DNA of 63,049 nt, counting the filler, from Aduncisulcus paluster (taxonomy: Eukaryota): the NCBI GenBank assembly GCA_024181965.1. It is 6 parts of 6 records of this genome, joined end to end, with 100 filler letters (N's around TTAATTAATTAA, not from the genome) between each part and the next. Parts side by side here need not be neighbours in the genome. Positions count along the whole stretch, not along the records: positions 1 to 19,371 come from BQXS01010855.1; positions 19,472 to 29,868 come from BQXS01010856.1; 4 more parts are not named here. One strand, given 5' to 3'. Positions 11,692 through 22,872 of this stretch are shown piece by piece (position 1 is the first letter of the stretch; each line of letters opens with the position of its first letter). The position numbers and the translations under genes were made by a program. A model generated the notes under the pieces. That model was not told where the DNA came from and did no database searches. It worked only from the letters and a program-made list of their open reading frames with translations.

Positions 11692-14235
11692 TCATTTTGA
11701 AATAGCTTTGTTCATGAGGAACTCAGCCAAATATTCAACAGGATCATCAGGTCTTAGTTCCCCGACTTCACGGAGACCCAGTGCAACAATATCGAGCACT
11801 GTATCTCCAAGGAATCGCCGAATGGGAGCAGATCTCACGTCAAGCAACCTCTCTTCCTCTTTTCTCAACTCTTCAATTTTCTCTTTCTCTAGACGTTCAC
11901 GTTCCTCCTCTTCTTTCTTCTGGATTCGAAGTTGTTCGCGAGTCCTAGCCTCCTCTTTCATGAGCATTTCTTCCTGTTGACGAGCCATCAATGCACGCTT
12001 GTACAATATCTCCTCTTTAGTGGGCTCAAATGAACGTTTCTGACCAACAATCTCGGTACACACTGTTATCATCTTGAGTAAGTCGTACTCAAGTGTCTGA
12101 GGGACAAGAGTGGAAGGTAACTGTTGCTGATTGAGTTTAAACTTCTCAAAACCTTTGATATCTTGTTCGGAGCCATATCTATAAATAGGTACTCCTCGAG
12201 CTTCAATGGCTCTCAAGGGACCTGGAGCAGATTTGTTCAGAGCAGCCCTCATCTTCCCAAGAAATACATCACCAACCTTCTCACCGCCTTCTTCCTCATC
12301 TCCTTCTCCTTCCTCTCCTTCTTTCACGGGAGGCCCCTCAAGTTCCTCATCGGGTTCCTCACTCAATAAGAAAGCCAAGTAATCCTGTTCCACGTCAACA
12401 GCTCCTTCATCTTCCTCCTCAGCATCTCCTTTACGTCCCATAAATGCCTTCCCTTCGCCCTCTGCACTCTCCCTCTCCTTGAAAGCAATGCAACGACGGT
12501 TGAACGCAGTGAGAGTAAAGTGATCGGGAGTGACACAAAGAGCAGTGCCATCAAGTTGCCCGTATTCTTCCTCCACACGACTCCTCCTCTCCTCCTCAGA
12601 ACAGAGCTCTGATAAGGAGATCACAAGGGCAGGCCAAGGAACTACGCCAAGGGAGAGACTCAGTGGTTTACGAGTAAAAGGTTGGATGAGATATTTACGC
12701 AAAGATTTGACACTGACTTCACCTTCTTCAAGTTCTTCTTCTTCTCCTTCCTCTTCCTCATCCTCTTCCTCATCCTCTTTCCCTTCATCTCTCCTCTTCC
12801 AACGTTTAACTTTGTCCCACACAGCCTTATACGAGTCATCACGGATCCTTCGACCGCTCTCAGTGACTCCAAATAGAGCAAGTGAGTCAGCAAGAGACTT
12901 GGGATATCCGTCAAGCACAAAACCACGGCATCTGCAACGATCATTGTGGAGAATGTAAGTACGCAGAGCAATACAACAAGCAGAGTCAGAAAGACGCTGT
13001 TTTTGCTCAAGTGCAGCACGGACACGCTTACCAAATTCAGTATCCATCCGAGCAACAGATTCCAGTGCATCATGAACAGTGACATGTTCAATATCATACT
13101 GCTCGGCCAATTTAGCAGCAACAGTGCTTTTTCCACTTCCAGGAGGTCCATGAATATAGACAATAAGGGGAGAAACATGTCTAACGTGGACATACTCGTC
13201 AAGGGCAATAGGACAGCAACCAATGAACCCATATTTAAGACACAACCATCCAGGAGCCTCCTCAAGGACGGTTGCAATGTGCCCCTGTTTCATAGGGAAA
13301 TTTATGAGCAAATCGGCAATGCCAGAGGTCAGGAGGAACTCAGTGCGATCGACACGACGAACATTGGGAGGCAGTACAATCGGAGGAGGTGGGGCTTTCT
13401 TCTTTTTCTCTTCTTCACCTTCATCATCTCCTTCCTCTTCTTCGTCCTCATCAACAATTCCATTCTTACGATCAGCATCCTTTATCTTTTGAATATATTC
13501 TTCCTCAGATGGCATCCTGACACTCTCAGCTATGGCTTTAACAAGTTCGCCGGCGGTAGTTTGACGTTTTTCAACAGCAAATACGTACATGACTTCAGGA
13601 ACAGTCTTAACACATTCGCTAACATAAATAGCAAGATCTAAAGCATGAATGGTGGGAATAATACGGTTTTCATCACCGTAGAGTGGGATTTTCTCTCCAA
13701 GCCAGGCTGCTTTGAAAAGGTCGAAGAAAACACCCTCACCTCGACCATAAACGTGTCCTGGAACAATAATACACCCACTAACATTAGCAGTATTACGTAT
13801 TTTCTTTGCTATAGAACGTTCAACAGATAAATGAAGGCGGTATTCAGGATGGGAGAGACGAGATAAGAAATCTTCCTCTCCAATACCCCATGGTTCAGCT
13901 TCCTCATCTTCATCAGCTTCTTCATCATCTAATATATCAGGCTTTGGAGGTAATGGTGTTCTGGCCCATGTCATACATGTAGAAATTAGGAAAAATTTCC
14001 TTTCCTTTTTATCAGAACAAACTACTTGACTGGCCCATAAGGCTTCTTCAGGATTAACAATATCCCATATAACTACTGAACAAGAAAGAACTTTTGTCTT
14101 CAACTCTTCGGTAGATGCGTGTTTATGAGTGTCATGCGAAAGAACTGTCCACTTAAGCGATGAAAACACTTTCGCAATTGCTTTCATCGTACATGTGGTT
14201 TGATTAGCAATAAATATTGCTTTATCCCACTTCAT
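11692..14235 (-). CDS. AK7: Adenylate kinase 7-like ciliary protein (epimerase-like N-domain, AK domain, Dpy-30 motif)
   Basis: LISTCMTWART, VYGRGE, PTIHALDLA; P-loop HGPPGSGKST; GFVLDGYPKS; C-terminal PIRRFL...LRPDDPVEYLAEFL. Confidence 0.9.
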   Translation of the reverse strand: MKWDKAIFIANQTTCTMKAIAKVFSSLKWTVLSHDTHKHASTEELKTKVLSCSVVIWDIVNPEEALWASQVVCSDKKERKFFLISTCMTWARTPLPPKPDILDDEEADEDEEAEPWGIGEEDFLSRLSHPEYRLHLSVERSIAKKIRNTANVSGCIIVPGHVYGRGEGVFFDLFKAAWLGEKIPLYGDENRIIPTIHALDLAIYVSECVKTVPEVMYVFAVEKRQTTAGELVKAIAESVRMPSEEEYIQKIKDADRKNGIVDEDEEEEGDDEGEEEKKKKAPPPPIVLPPNVRRVDRTEFLLTSGIADLLINFPMKQGHIATVLEEAPGWLCLKYGFIGCCPIALDEYVHVRHVSPLIVYIHGPPGSGKSTVAAKLAEQYDIEHVTVHDALESVARMDTEFGKRVRAALEQKQRLSDSACCIALRTYILHNDRCRCRGFVLDGYPKSLADSLALFGVTESGRRIRDDSYKAVWDKVKRWKRRDEGKEDEEEDEEEEGEEEELEEGEVSVKSLRKYLIQPFTRKPLSLSLGVVPWPALVISLSELCSEEERRSRVEEEYGQLDGTALCVTPDHFTLTAFNRRCIAFKERESAEGEGKAFMGRKGDAEEEDEGAVDVEQDYLAFLLSEEPDEELEGPPVKEGEEGEGDEEEGGEKVGDVFLGKMRAALNKSAPGPLRAIEARGVPIYRYGSEQDIKGFEKFKLNQQQLPSTLVPQTLEYDLLKMITVCTEIVGQKRSFEPTKEEILYKRALMARQQEEMLMKEEARTREQLRIQKKEEEERERLEKEKIEELRKEEERLLDVRSAPIRRFLGDTVLDIVALGLREVGELRPDDPVEYLAEFLMNKAISK

Positions 14236-14478
14236 TATTATGCGTGTTGGATGAATGGCGAGAAATGAGAGAAAATTCGATCGACCTATTGGTTTGTCGG
14301 TAATGAACCATATTATTGGGCTTATGGCCTTAAAAACATATTTAAAATTCAGGTTTAGCCATATTTTTTTGCCGGAATCTGATTTTATTGTCTCTTTTCA
14401 TCACTTATAATCTCCCTTCCAAAATGAGCCATCTTTCCCTCCGGAACCATCTTTTGTTGATAATTCTAACTTGATAAA

Positions 14479-16059
14479 ATGTCATCAGAAGATTTCTCAG
14501 ACACTAAAATGTTTGCTAAAATAAGATCTCTGATGGAGGATGGTGTTTTCCCACACCTCCTCTCTCATGAGTCATCAAAAGAAACCGAAGAGGAAGAGGA
14601 TGATATTTTCACATTTGGAGATGATCATAAATTTAATCCCGATCCATCTTCAGCCACTCCGGACTCATGGAGTTCTGATGATCGAGTATTTGAAGTGAGA
14701 AAGCGTCATGCTGCTCCCTTATTGTTTACTCTTCCAAAATCCGAAGAAGAGGATGAAGAATCAGAATTAATTGATGAAGAAATGAAAAAAAGAGTTAAAA
14801 ATTTAGAAAAAAAAACAAGTTTTTCAATAGTGGAAGACACTTCCAAACCTACATTTGCTTTTACTGGAGGAGCTGATGTATTAAGAGAAATGGAGCCATC
14901 AGATGCTGATGAAACCAGTGAATTAATTCTTGGAAAACCTGTCCCTGAAAGTAGTTTAGCTTCTCTTAGATTGATAAATCCAACTCGATTCAAAGCTTGG
15001 CTAATTACTTTAAAAAAGAGTGGAGTTAGCCCATTTACTATAATACGTTCATTAGGACTCGATTTACCACCTGACATTGTTCCAAAAGCTGTTGCTTGGG
15101 CTTTTTTGGATGAAGTTGTCCTTGAGCTTGCCGAAGCTCGTTGTCCGCGGCAAAGACTTGGTACAGTCAACACTCTCGATGATGCAGCACTTATTTTACG
15201 CCATGCAAGGAATGTTGTGATGCTTACCGGAGCTGGTATCTCCGTTGCCTGTGGTATTCCTGATTTTAGAAGTAAGAATGGATTATATGCGAGGCTTGGC
15301 GAATGGGATGGTTTGAACGAGCCCACAGATATGTTTTCTCTCCCCTTTTTCCGCGATAATCCCATCCCATTTTATAAGTTTGCCAAAGAACTCCTTCCTG
15401 GTCAATTCAATCCTTCATTTACTCATCATTTTATATCCGAGATCGATCGTCGTGGTCGATTACTCCGTAATTACACTCAGAATATTGATGGTCTTGAGAA
15501 GACTGCCGGCGTTAAACGGTATTTGCAGTGCCATGGGACATTCGATACCTGTAGATGCCTTACTTGCGGGCGGAAGTGGAATACAATGGAAAAGATCAAA
15601 CATCATATACTGAATCAAAGGGTCCCCTTGTGTGAATTTTGTAGCGGGGGAAAAGACTTTTGGGAACATGCAAGTCCCGGGGTCAAGCCCCCCCAAGGTG
15701 TAATTAAGCCCGATATTGTGTTCTTCAGTGAGCAATTACCAGAACTTTTTGACCTGTTTGTGGATGAGGATTGCACAAGGGTTGATTGTGTGATTGTGAT
15801 GGGATCTTCCTTGAAAGTCAAGCCTGTAGCTGGTCTATTAGGGAGAGTACCGAGATATATTCCACAGATTCTCATCAATAGAGAGATCGTGGGAAGACCT
15901 CACGCATTCGATCTCTGCTTGTTGGGCGATTGTGACACTGTTTGCTTCGAATTGGCTTGTCGCATGGGTTGGAGAGACCTTGTTGAGGAAAGAGGTGATC
16001 TTGTGAAGAAGAAGAGAGCCGGAATACCTGGTTCTGAAAGTGGTGTGTTTAAATTTTAA
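14479..16059 (+). CDS. SIR2: NAD-dependent deacetylase, class I sirtuin (Sir2/SIRT1-like)
   Basis: GAGISVACGIPDFRS, NYTQNIDGLE, QCHG, two CxxC pairs, KPDIVFF, GSSLKV, LINRE, LLGDCD. Confidence 0.96.
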   Translation: MSSEDFSDTKMFAKIRSLMEDGVFPHLLSHESSKETEEEEDDIFTFGDDHKFNPDPSSATPDSWSSDDRVFEVRKRHAAPLLFTLPKSEEEDEESELIDEEMKKRVKNLEKKTSFSIVEDTSKPTFAFTGGADVLREMEPSDADETSELILGKPVPESSLASLRLINPTRFKAWLITLKKSGVSPFTIIRSLGLDLPPDIVPKAVAWAFLDEVVLELAEARCPRQRLGTVNTLDDAALILRHARNVVMLTGAGISVACGIPDFRSKNGLYARLGEWDGLNEPTDMFSLPFFRDNPIPFYKFAKELLPGQFNPSFTHHFISEIDRRGRLLRNYTQNIDGLEKTAGVKRYLQCHGTFDTCRCLTCGRKWNTMEKIKHHILNQRVPLCEFCSGGKDFWEHASPGVKPPQGVIKPDIVFFSEQLPELFDLFVDEDCTRVDCVIVMGSSLKVKPVAGLLGRVPRYIPQILINREIVGRPHAFDLCLLGDCDTVCFELACRMGWRDLVEERGDLVKKKRAGIPGSESGVFKF

Positions 16060-16572
16060 ATAATAATCATTATCTCCATTTCCAATAATCATTTTTTTTT
16101 TTTTTAATTATATGTCTTTTACTTTTNNNNNNNNNNNNNNNNNNNNTAATTAAGCCCGATATTGTGTTCTTCAGTGAGCAATTACCAGAACTTTTTGACC
16201 TGTTTGTGGATGAGGATTGCACAAGGGTTGATTGTGTGATTGTGATGGGATCTTCCTTGAAAGTCAAGCCTGTAGCTGGTCTATTAGGGAGAGTACCGAG
16301 ATATATTCCACAGATTCTCATCAATAGAGAGATCGTGGGAAGACCTCACGCATTCGATCTCTGCTTGTTGGGCGATTGTGACACTGTTTGCTTCGAATTG
16401 GCTTGTCGCATGGGTTGGAGAGACCTTGTTGAGGAAAGAGGTGATCTTGTGAAGAAGAAGAGAGCCGGAATACCTGGTTCTGAAAGTGGTGTGTTTAAAT
16501 TTTAAATAATAATCATTATCTCCATTTCCAATAATCATTTTTTTTTTTTTTAATTATATGTCTTTTACTTTT
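15701..16572. other. Scaffolding artefact: 426-bp duplicated flank around a 20-N gap (15701-16126 = 16147-16572)
   Basis: The sirtuin 3' end and 3' UTR are repeated after N16127-16146. Confidence 0.92.
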
Positions 16573-16857
16573 GTAATAGAATAAATTCCATTCATTTTTG
16601 CTCTTCAGTTGAATATCATTCCATTCTTAATCATAATAATTTGTAGATTAGTGTCCAATAACGATTTTGCGTTTTCTTTTGAAATAAACGAGTAAATTCA
16701 ATATTATTATTTTTTCTGTATTACAATAACGATTTTAATTATTTATTAGCCATAAAATTTGCAATTTTTATCATAGTTACCCGATCAAGGCGCTCGAACA
16801 AGAACGACAAGAATAAAAAATGCACTTTTCTTCGAAGACCTGACATAAAAAAACAAT

Positions 16858-17160
16858 ATGCACATTAAAGTATGTTAATTCAGATTATTTTAATTTGTTT
16901 TTCAAACCATTATTTATTCTTAACGATTATTTTCCTAGGTTAAAACTCTTTTGGGTTCTCCCCTCAGTGTTGATGTTGATATGGATGATAAAGTTCTTGA
17001 TCTTAAAAAGAAAGTATTTGAAATGACAGGGATTCTTGTGGAACAACAAAGACTTATTTTTTCTGGAAAGCCCATCAAAGATACTCTCACAATTGAAGCC
17101 GCTGGAATGAAGGGAGGATGCATTGTTCATCTTGTTCTTTCTTTACGTGGCGGATGTTAA
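16858..17160 (+). CDS. NEDD8: NEDD8/Rub1-like ubiquitin-like modifier, 77 aa, two exons (16858-16869, 16939-17160)
   Basis: Spliced product MHIKVKTLLGSPLSVDV...QQRLIFSGK...HLVLSLRGG-C. The di-Gly falls at positions 75-76. Residue 72 is Ser (Arg in ubiquitin, Ala in NEDD8). Confidence 0.8.
16870..16938 (+). other. Spliceosomal intron, 69 nt
   Basis: GTATGT donor, CTTAAC branch-like motif, TTTTCCTAG acceptor. Splicing yields the canonical MxIKVKTL ubiquitin-fold start. Confidence 0.9.
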
Positions 17161-17516
17161 TTTTGGAATATCAATGGAAAACCCTGACTTTCCCCGCTGT
17201 TACAAAATCAACTTGTTTCTGCCAAAGTTTTCCCAGGTTTCCAATAGTTTAAATATATTTATGACATTCAATAAACATTTACATTTTTCAATGCCATGTA
17301 CTTTGCTTGGCTTATACTTTATTTCAGTAGATACCAATCCGACTGCATAAATTGTTCAAAACAAAATTATTGAATAAGATAATTTACAAAATAAAAACAA
17401 AATATGCTTTTATCCTGATTTTTTAACAATAAATAATCATATAAAAAGTAATCTCCGAAATAAACATTCGTCTTCATCTGGTTGTGATTTGTTTCAACAT
17501 AGCAATAACAAAGAAG

Positions 17517-19371
17517 ATGGAACTTGTACCATCTCCTTTAAAAATCAAGAAAACATTACTTACAAAGTATAATTTCTTGGCAGAACCAGTTTCTTTCCCA
17601 CTTGATATTTCTTGCAATCCTGGAGAGATAGAAACATCATATTACAGTCCACCTTTTTTCTTAGATTCATTATATCCTGCTCAAACTGGTTTATCTCTTG
17701 CTTATACGCCACCTGGAAAAGAAGGAGGACCCCCCTCTTTATCATTTCATTCGCTAGCTTCAACCGCTGATAGAATATCCTCATCCCGCATCCCTAAATC
17801 ATCGTCCGTAATTTCTGATATTACTTCACCGGGTCTCGAATCTCCTAATTCGCCATCGGTATTAAAAACTCCAAAATCATCATCTCCTGAGATTCCTCAA
17901 ACTGAAACTGTATGTAAGCCAATTTTATCATCGAATTCAAGCCCCAGTAGTTGTATGGAATGGCGTATAATTATTAGCAAGGGGAAAGCCATTCTTGATC
18001 CTGTATTATGCCGGGAAGAGAGTTTAAAACATTATACTACTGTCAATGGATCATGGAAACGTCGTATTTATATTGGAGTTGATGTGTTTGTTTGGGATTT
18101 CGCCAAGACATCCTGGAAACGTCATAAGAAGTATTGCCAAGCTCCTGAAATGATGATATACACTCCAAAACATCGTCTAGACTATCGTTTCCCTCTTCCT
18201 TCCACCGCTTGCGTGATTTTATTCTCCCTCTATCGGGTTGAGAAGAAAGATGAGGAGGAAGAGATTGCCGGAAAAGAATCTGGAGCTTCTCAGACCGAGG
18301 AGGCTGAGAAAGAACACAGTGAGAAGAAACCTGGCGAGGCTGGCCAAGAAGGAGAATCGTCCTCTGCAATTTCATCCACTTTATCAGCAGCCCCTTCCAA
18401 AGAAGCCTCATCGGGTCTTCAGAACCAAGGAGCTACGTGTTATTTAAATGCTCTGCTCCAAACACTGTTCCATCTTCCTTCTCTGCGTTCCCATATCCTT
18501 GGTCTTCCCCTATCCACGAAGAAACACAAGTCCTGTGCCCCTGTCCTCTGCGAACTCCAGAGATTATTCATGTCCATGCTCTGTGGCAGTGAAAGTATCA
18601 GTACCCGTGGTCTGACGCGTGCATTTGGATGGACTCAGGGCGAGGAATTCTACCAACAAGATGTGGGTGAGTTGTACACTCTTCTGATGGACACCATTGA
18701 AGGTGAATACAAGAACCTCAAGGGAAAAGGGATAGCGATCGGTCAAGGAATGTGCAGGAGTGTAGATCCTTCTTCAACCATGACTCCGAGTCCTCTTCCT
18801 TTCCCATTGTCCTTGTTTACTATTCACACCCTCCAATACATAAAATGTCTCGATATTGATTACCAAAAGCTCACCAGTGATAAATCTCTGCATTTGCATG
18901 TACCCGTGGAAGGAGTTTCTCACCTTGAGCATGGTCTCGATAAGGCTTTCAATCCGACCTTATTAGACAAGGATAACAAGTACCATGTCAGTGAAGAGCA
19001 TGGTAAACAAAGAGCCCTCATGGGGATGCATATTGATCCAGCCTCGCTCCCTCCCGTTATGACCATCTCTCTAATGCGGTATTCAATGGATATGTATGGT
19101 CGTGTGCGTAAGATTAACGATTATGTTGAGATTCCTCGAGAACTCGATATTTCAGAGTATTGTAAGGTGTCAGACGTGTCCTCTGAGGAAGAAGTGGCGA
19201 CCGATGAGATCATGTACTTGAGAGAGAAAGAAAGGAGAAGGATTGAGAAGAAGAAAGAGAAGCAGAACAAGAAGAAGAGCAATAGCAAAGGCTTCGGATT
19301 CTTCTCAATGTTCAGTGGTTGGTTCTCTGGCGGTTGCAACAAAGATTCTGAGAAGAAGGAATCTGTCCTTC
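17517..19371 (+). CDS. Ubiquitin-specific protease (peptidase C19, USP7/USP47-like), 3'-truncated by contig end
   Basis: Cys box GLQNQGATCYLNALLQTLF, LTRAFGW, QQDVGEL, LPPVMTISLMRY, KIND. The His box is not reached before the spacer. Confidence 0.9.
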
Positions 19372-19471
19372 NNNNNNNNNNNNNNNNNNNNNNNNNNNNN
19401 NNNNNNNNNNNNNNNTTAATTAATTAANNNNNNNNNNNNNNNNNNNNNNNNNNNNNNNNNNNNNNNNNNNN
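19372..19471. other. Artificial contig spacer (N44-TTAATTAATTAA-N44)
   Basis: Six-frame stop linker flanked by Ns; the same structure occurs five times. Confidence 0.97.
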
Positions 19472-20371
19472 CTCTTTATCTGTCCAGAGGAGTTGATAGG
19501 GTCCGTTGAGGAAACAGATTGGCAAGGACGTTGCAGGAATGAGGTGAAGAGGAGTGAGGGTAAGAAAAGTCGATAATGGAGGAATTGAATGGGATTTTTG
19601 GAATATAGGCTCATCCTTTGCTTTAGAAGACGTGGACAGAAAGCTTGAAGAAGGAGAGAGTGGGAAACTGAAGAGAGAAAGAGAATATTTGCAAAATATT
19701 GAATCTATTTCATGTATGGGATCTCCAGATATAATTGACGTCTTCTTTAATTGAGAATCAATCGTTAAAAGCGTGGGACGAGAGCATTTGAGATGAATTT
19801 TTCCGAGGATTAAGTCACGAAGTACAGAGAAAATATGGGATTTATCAAGAGATGGAGAACTGAAAGTTAGGGTAGGAATTGAAATAAATTTAAGGGAATC
19901 ATCGTCAAACATAAACTCATCCGCGATTGATGTTGGAGATGAGGACTGGCAAGGGAGTTTCCATTGAATAATAGTTACATATACTGAATTAAATGGGGCT
20001 TTAAATATTTCTTTGAGTTGTTCTTCAGATTCTAAAATGGTTCTCGTTGTCAGGATCGTAACGAAATGTTTTTTCCTTTTTTCTTTTGATTGTTCATGAG
20101 CAAGTCGAATTAAAACATCTCCTGATTTTAAAATCTTATTTAAAGATAATTTTTGATTTGTTTTAATTATTTTCTTTGGAAAACTATCAAGATGAGAGAT
20201 GGATAATTTTCCTTCAATTCCATTAAGAAAACGACACTTAGGTCGTATATATCCAACTTTCATATCAATATAATTTTGTCTTGTCATTGAAAGTGCTGAA
20301 GCTATTTGAATTTTAAGAGATTGGCATAAAAAAGCAAACCAAGATAAATCAGAGTTTTGTTCCACATCCAT
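19472..20371 (-). CDS. Hypothetical protein, 3'-truncated
   Basis: ~300-codon open frame from ATG 20371 to the contig end; no recognisable motif. Confidence 0.6.
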
Positions 20372-21024
20372 ACAATCAATAATAAGCATTATAATAATTT
20401 TGAGGAATTTAAATAAATATTTTATATACAATGAAGCCACAAATAGCATCGAGATGGGCATCACATCTCACATTCCATCATTCCGGCATTCAAAAAATAA
20501 CGTAAATGAATCAAAATTCCATTCAATTTCTTATATGATTAGATTTGATTTAAAAAATGGAATATAATAAAAACTAAATTTGCTCAATTTAACGTTATAC
20601 AAGAAAAAAAGAATTGTCACTATAGATATGATCAAACAGGAAATACAGAATATAATCTGGAATTTAAATTGAAATAAATAACAAAATACGCAAAAGTAAC
20701 TTGATATAGTTCCTCAGAACAAGTCAAAAAATTAAGTTGTTTCTACTGAGACTAGTAATATTAAGAACAGATTTTTAAGATTAAATAAAGCATATTCTCA
20801 AGGTTTAATAAGAAATAATTATCTAATTGTTTTGTTTGTAACCAATATTGGAAATTATTTCAAAAAAACAAACTTCCACTGTGAAGGGAAATGAATATTT
20901 ATGATCAAAATAAAATCATAAAAGTTGCATAAATGACATCATATTTTCTATTTTGTTTATTCTTATCTCTTAATAATCTATCATTCAAGGGAATGGTTCT
21001 ATTCACGTATTTTTCGGTTAACCA

Positions 21025-22872
21025 ATGTCTCTGTTAGCTGTGGTTTCAGAAAACTTTTCTCAAATCTTGAAGAAGGCATTTGAAGGGATTTCTGTCCCCG
21101 AAAAAATGCTTGTTCCAATGATCACTGTTGTTAATAATCCTAAACATGGTGACTTCCAGATTAACAATGCTTTACCTATTTCTCGTATCATCAGCAAACA
21201 AACAGCTAAGCTTAGTGATGGCCATCCCCTTAAATCTATTTCCAATCCCGATGAGCTCGCTCAATACATTATTGATAGTATTGATGAGGAACATGATCGT
21301 CTCTATGCCACCAAAACAATTACCAGAGGTTTCATTAATATTCGTGTGTCTGGAGAATTTCTCTCCTCCTTCCTTCGTCCTATTCTTGATCTTGGTGTGC
21401 AGCCTCCAAAGATGAAGAAACAGCGTGTTGCCGTTGATTTTAGTTCTCCAAACATTGCTAAGTGCATGCATGTTGGTCATCTCCGTTCCACCGTCATTGG
21501 AGACTCTGTCTGTAGGCTTCTTGAGTTCCTTGGTCATGATGTTCTTCGTATTAATCATGTTGGAGACTGGGGTACTCAATTTGGAATGCTTATTGCTCAT
21601 TTGCGTGAAGCTTTTCCCGATTTCCTTGCCCAACCCCCTCCAATCGAGGATTTGCAAGCTTTCTACAAGGAAGCCAAGAAGAGATTTGATGACGATAAAG
21701 ATTTTGCCAAGGAGGCTCACGAGACTGTTGTGAAACTCCAAGCAGGCAATGAAGATGAGCTCAAGGCTTGGAAACTTCTTTGTGATATTTCCCGTCTTGA
21801 ATTCCAGCGTATCTATGATATTCTTGACGTCAAACTCGAGGAAGTTGGTGAGAGTTTCTACAACCCCATGCTCCCCGTCATTACAAAAGATATGGAGGAC
21901 CGTGGTATTGCTCGTATTGATGATGGAGCGCTCTGCATCTTTGTTCCTTCCTTCAAATTCCCCTTCATGATCAGGAAAAGAGATGGTGGTTACACCTATG
22001 ATACAACCGATTTGGCTGCTTTCAAGCACAGATCGGAGACAGAGAAGGCTGATTGGCTTGTTTATGTGACTGATATGGGTCAAGCCACTCACTTCCAGCT
22101 TCTGAAGGGTGCTTGTCGTATGGCTGGGTGGTTGAAGGACGAAGATGCTGAAGAGGACAAGCCCTCCAAAAAGAGCAAAAAGATGAGAAAGGATGGACCG
22201 ACTATCCCTAAATTCTCCCACGTTGGTTTCGGTCTTGTTCGTGGTGCTGATGGAAAGAAATTCAGAACCAGGAGTGGAGAGACTGTAAGACTCCAAGACC
22301 TCCTTGATGAGGCTGTTGTCAGAGCCAGGAAGGTTCTTGATGAGAATGGTAGGAGCGAACGTTTCGATGAGGAGAAACTCAATCACATTGCCAAGTGTAT
22401 TGGTATATCTGCCATCAAATATGCCGATTTGTCCTCCTACCGTGTGAAGGATTACATCTTCTCCTTCGATCGTATGTTGGCCTTGAAGGGAAACACTGCC
22501 GTGTATTTGATGTACAGCTACGTCAGAATTGCTTCGATCAGTCGTAAACTCGGTGTGGACATTGAGACCATCATTAAGGAACATTCTTCGGGAGCTATCA
22601 AGGTCACTCATGAAAGTGAGCGTCATCTTTTGCTCCATTTGGCCCGTTTCCAGGATATCATCTGCCACGTTGTTGAGACATTGTGCCCTCACCACCTCGC
22701 CGAGTATCTGTATGATATGTGTGGTGCATTCACTACTTTCTACGAGAACTGCCGTGTCCTTGTTGAGGAGGAAGACATCAAAGTGTCCAGGTTGCTCATC
22801 TGTGAGTGCTGTAAACGTGTCATGGAAACTGGATTCCATATCCTTGGTGTTCAAAAACTCGACGAAATGTGA
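21025..22872 (+). CDS. RARS1: Arginine--tRNA ligase
   Basis: HGDFQINNA, VDFSSPNIAK-MHVGHLRST (HIGH motif), NHVGDWGTQFGMLI, GESFYN, KFRTRSG, IKYADLS, GNTAVYLMYSYVRI. Confidence 0.98.
   Translation: MSLLAVVSENFSQILKKAFEGISVPEKMLVPMITVVNNPKHGDFQINNALPISRIISKQTAKLSDGHPLKSISNPDELAQYIIDSIDEEHDRLYATKTITRGFINIRVSGEFLSSFLRPILDLGVQPPKMKKQRVAVDFSSPNIAKCMHVGHLRSTVIGDSVCRLLEFLGHDVLRINHVGDWGTQFGMLIAHLREAFPDFLAQPPPIEDLQAFYKEAKKRFDDDKDFAKEAHETVVKLQAGNEDELKAWKLLCDISRLEFQRIYDILDVKLEEVGESFYNPMLPVITKDMEDRGIARIDDGALCIFVPSFKFPFMIRKRDGGYTYDTTDLAAFKHRSETEKADWLVYVTDMGQATHFQLLKGACRMAGWLKDEDAEEDKPSKKSKKMRKDGPTIPKFSHVGFGLVRGADGKKFRTRSGETVRLQDLLDEAVVRARKVLDENGRSERFDEEKLNHIAKCIGISAIKYADLSSYRVKDYIFSFDRMLALKGNTAVYLMYSYVRIASISRKLGVDIETIIKEHSSGAIKVTHESERHLLLHLARFQDIICHVVETLCPHHLAEYLYDMCGAFTTFYENCRVLVEEEDIKVSRLLICECCKRVMETGFHILGVQKLDEM

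Noticed and set aside
12530-13641. Antisense and alternate-frame ORFs of 140-230 aa inside AK7 (likewise in NSUN2, the sirtuin and the transporter)
   Set aside because: These are shadow ORFs of confidently identified genes and show no protein-like features.
14479-16059. Sirtuin near an immune-like ATPase as a SIR2 NADase defence effector
   Set aside because: It is a canonical Zn-binding class I deacetylase, not a Thoeris/DSR-type SIR2 domain.
16147-16505. Apparent second, truncated sirtuin gene
   Set aside because: It is an identical copy across a 20-N gap, i.e. an unmerged contig overlap.
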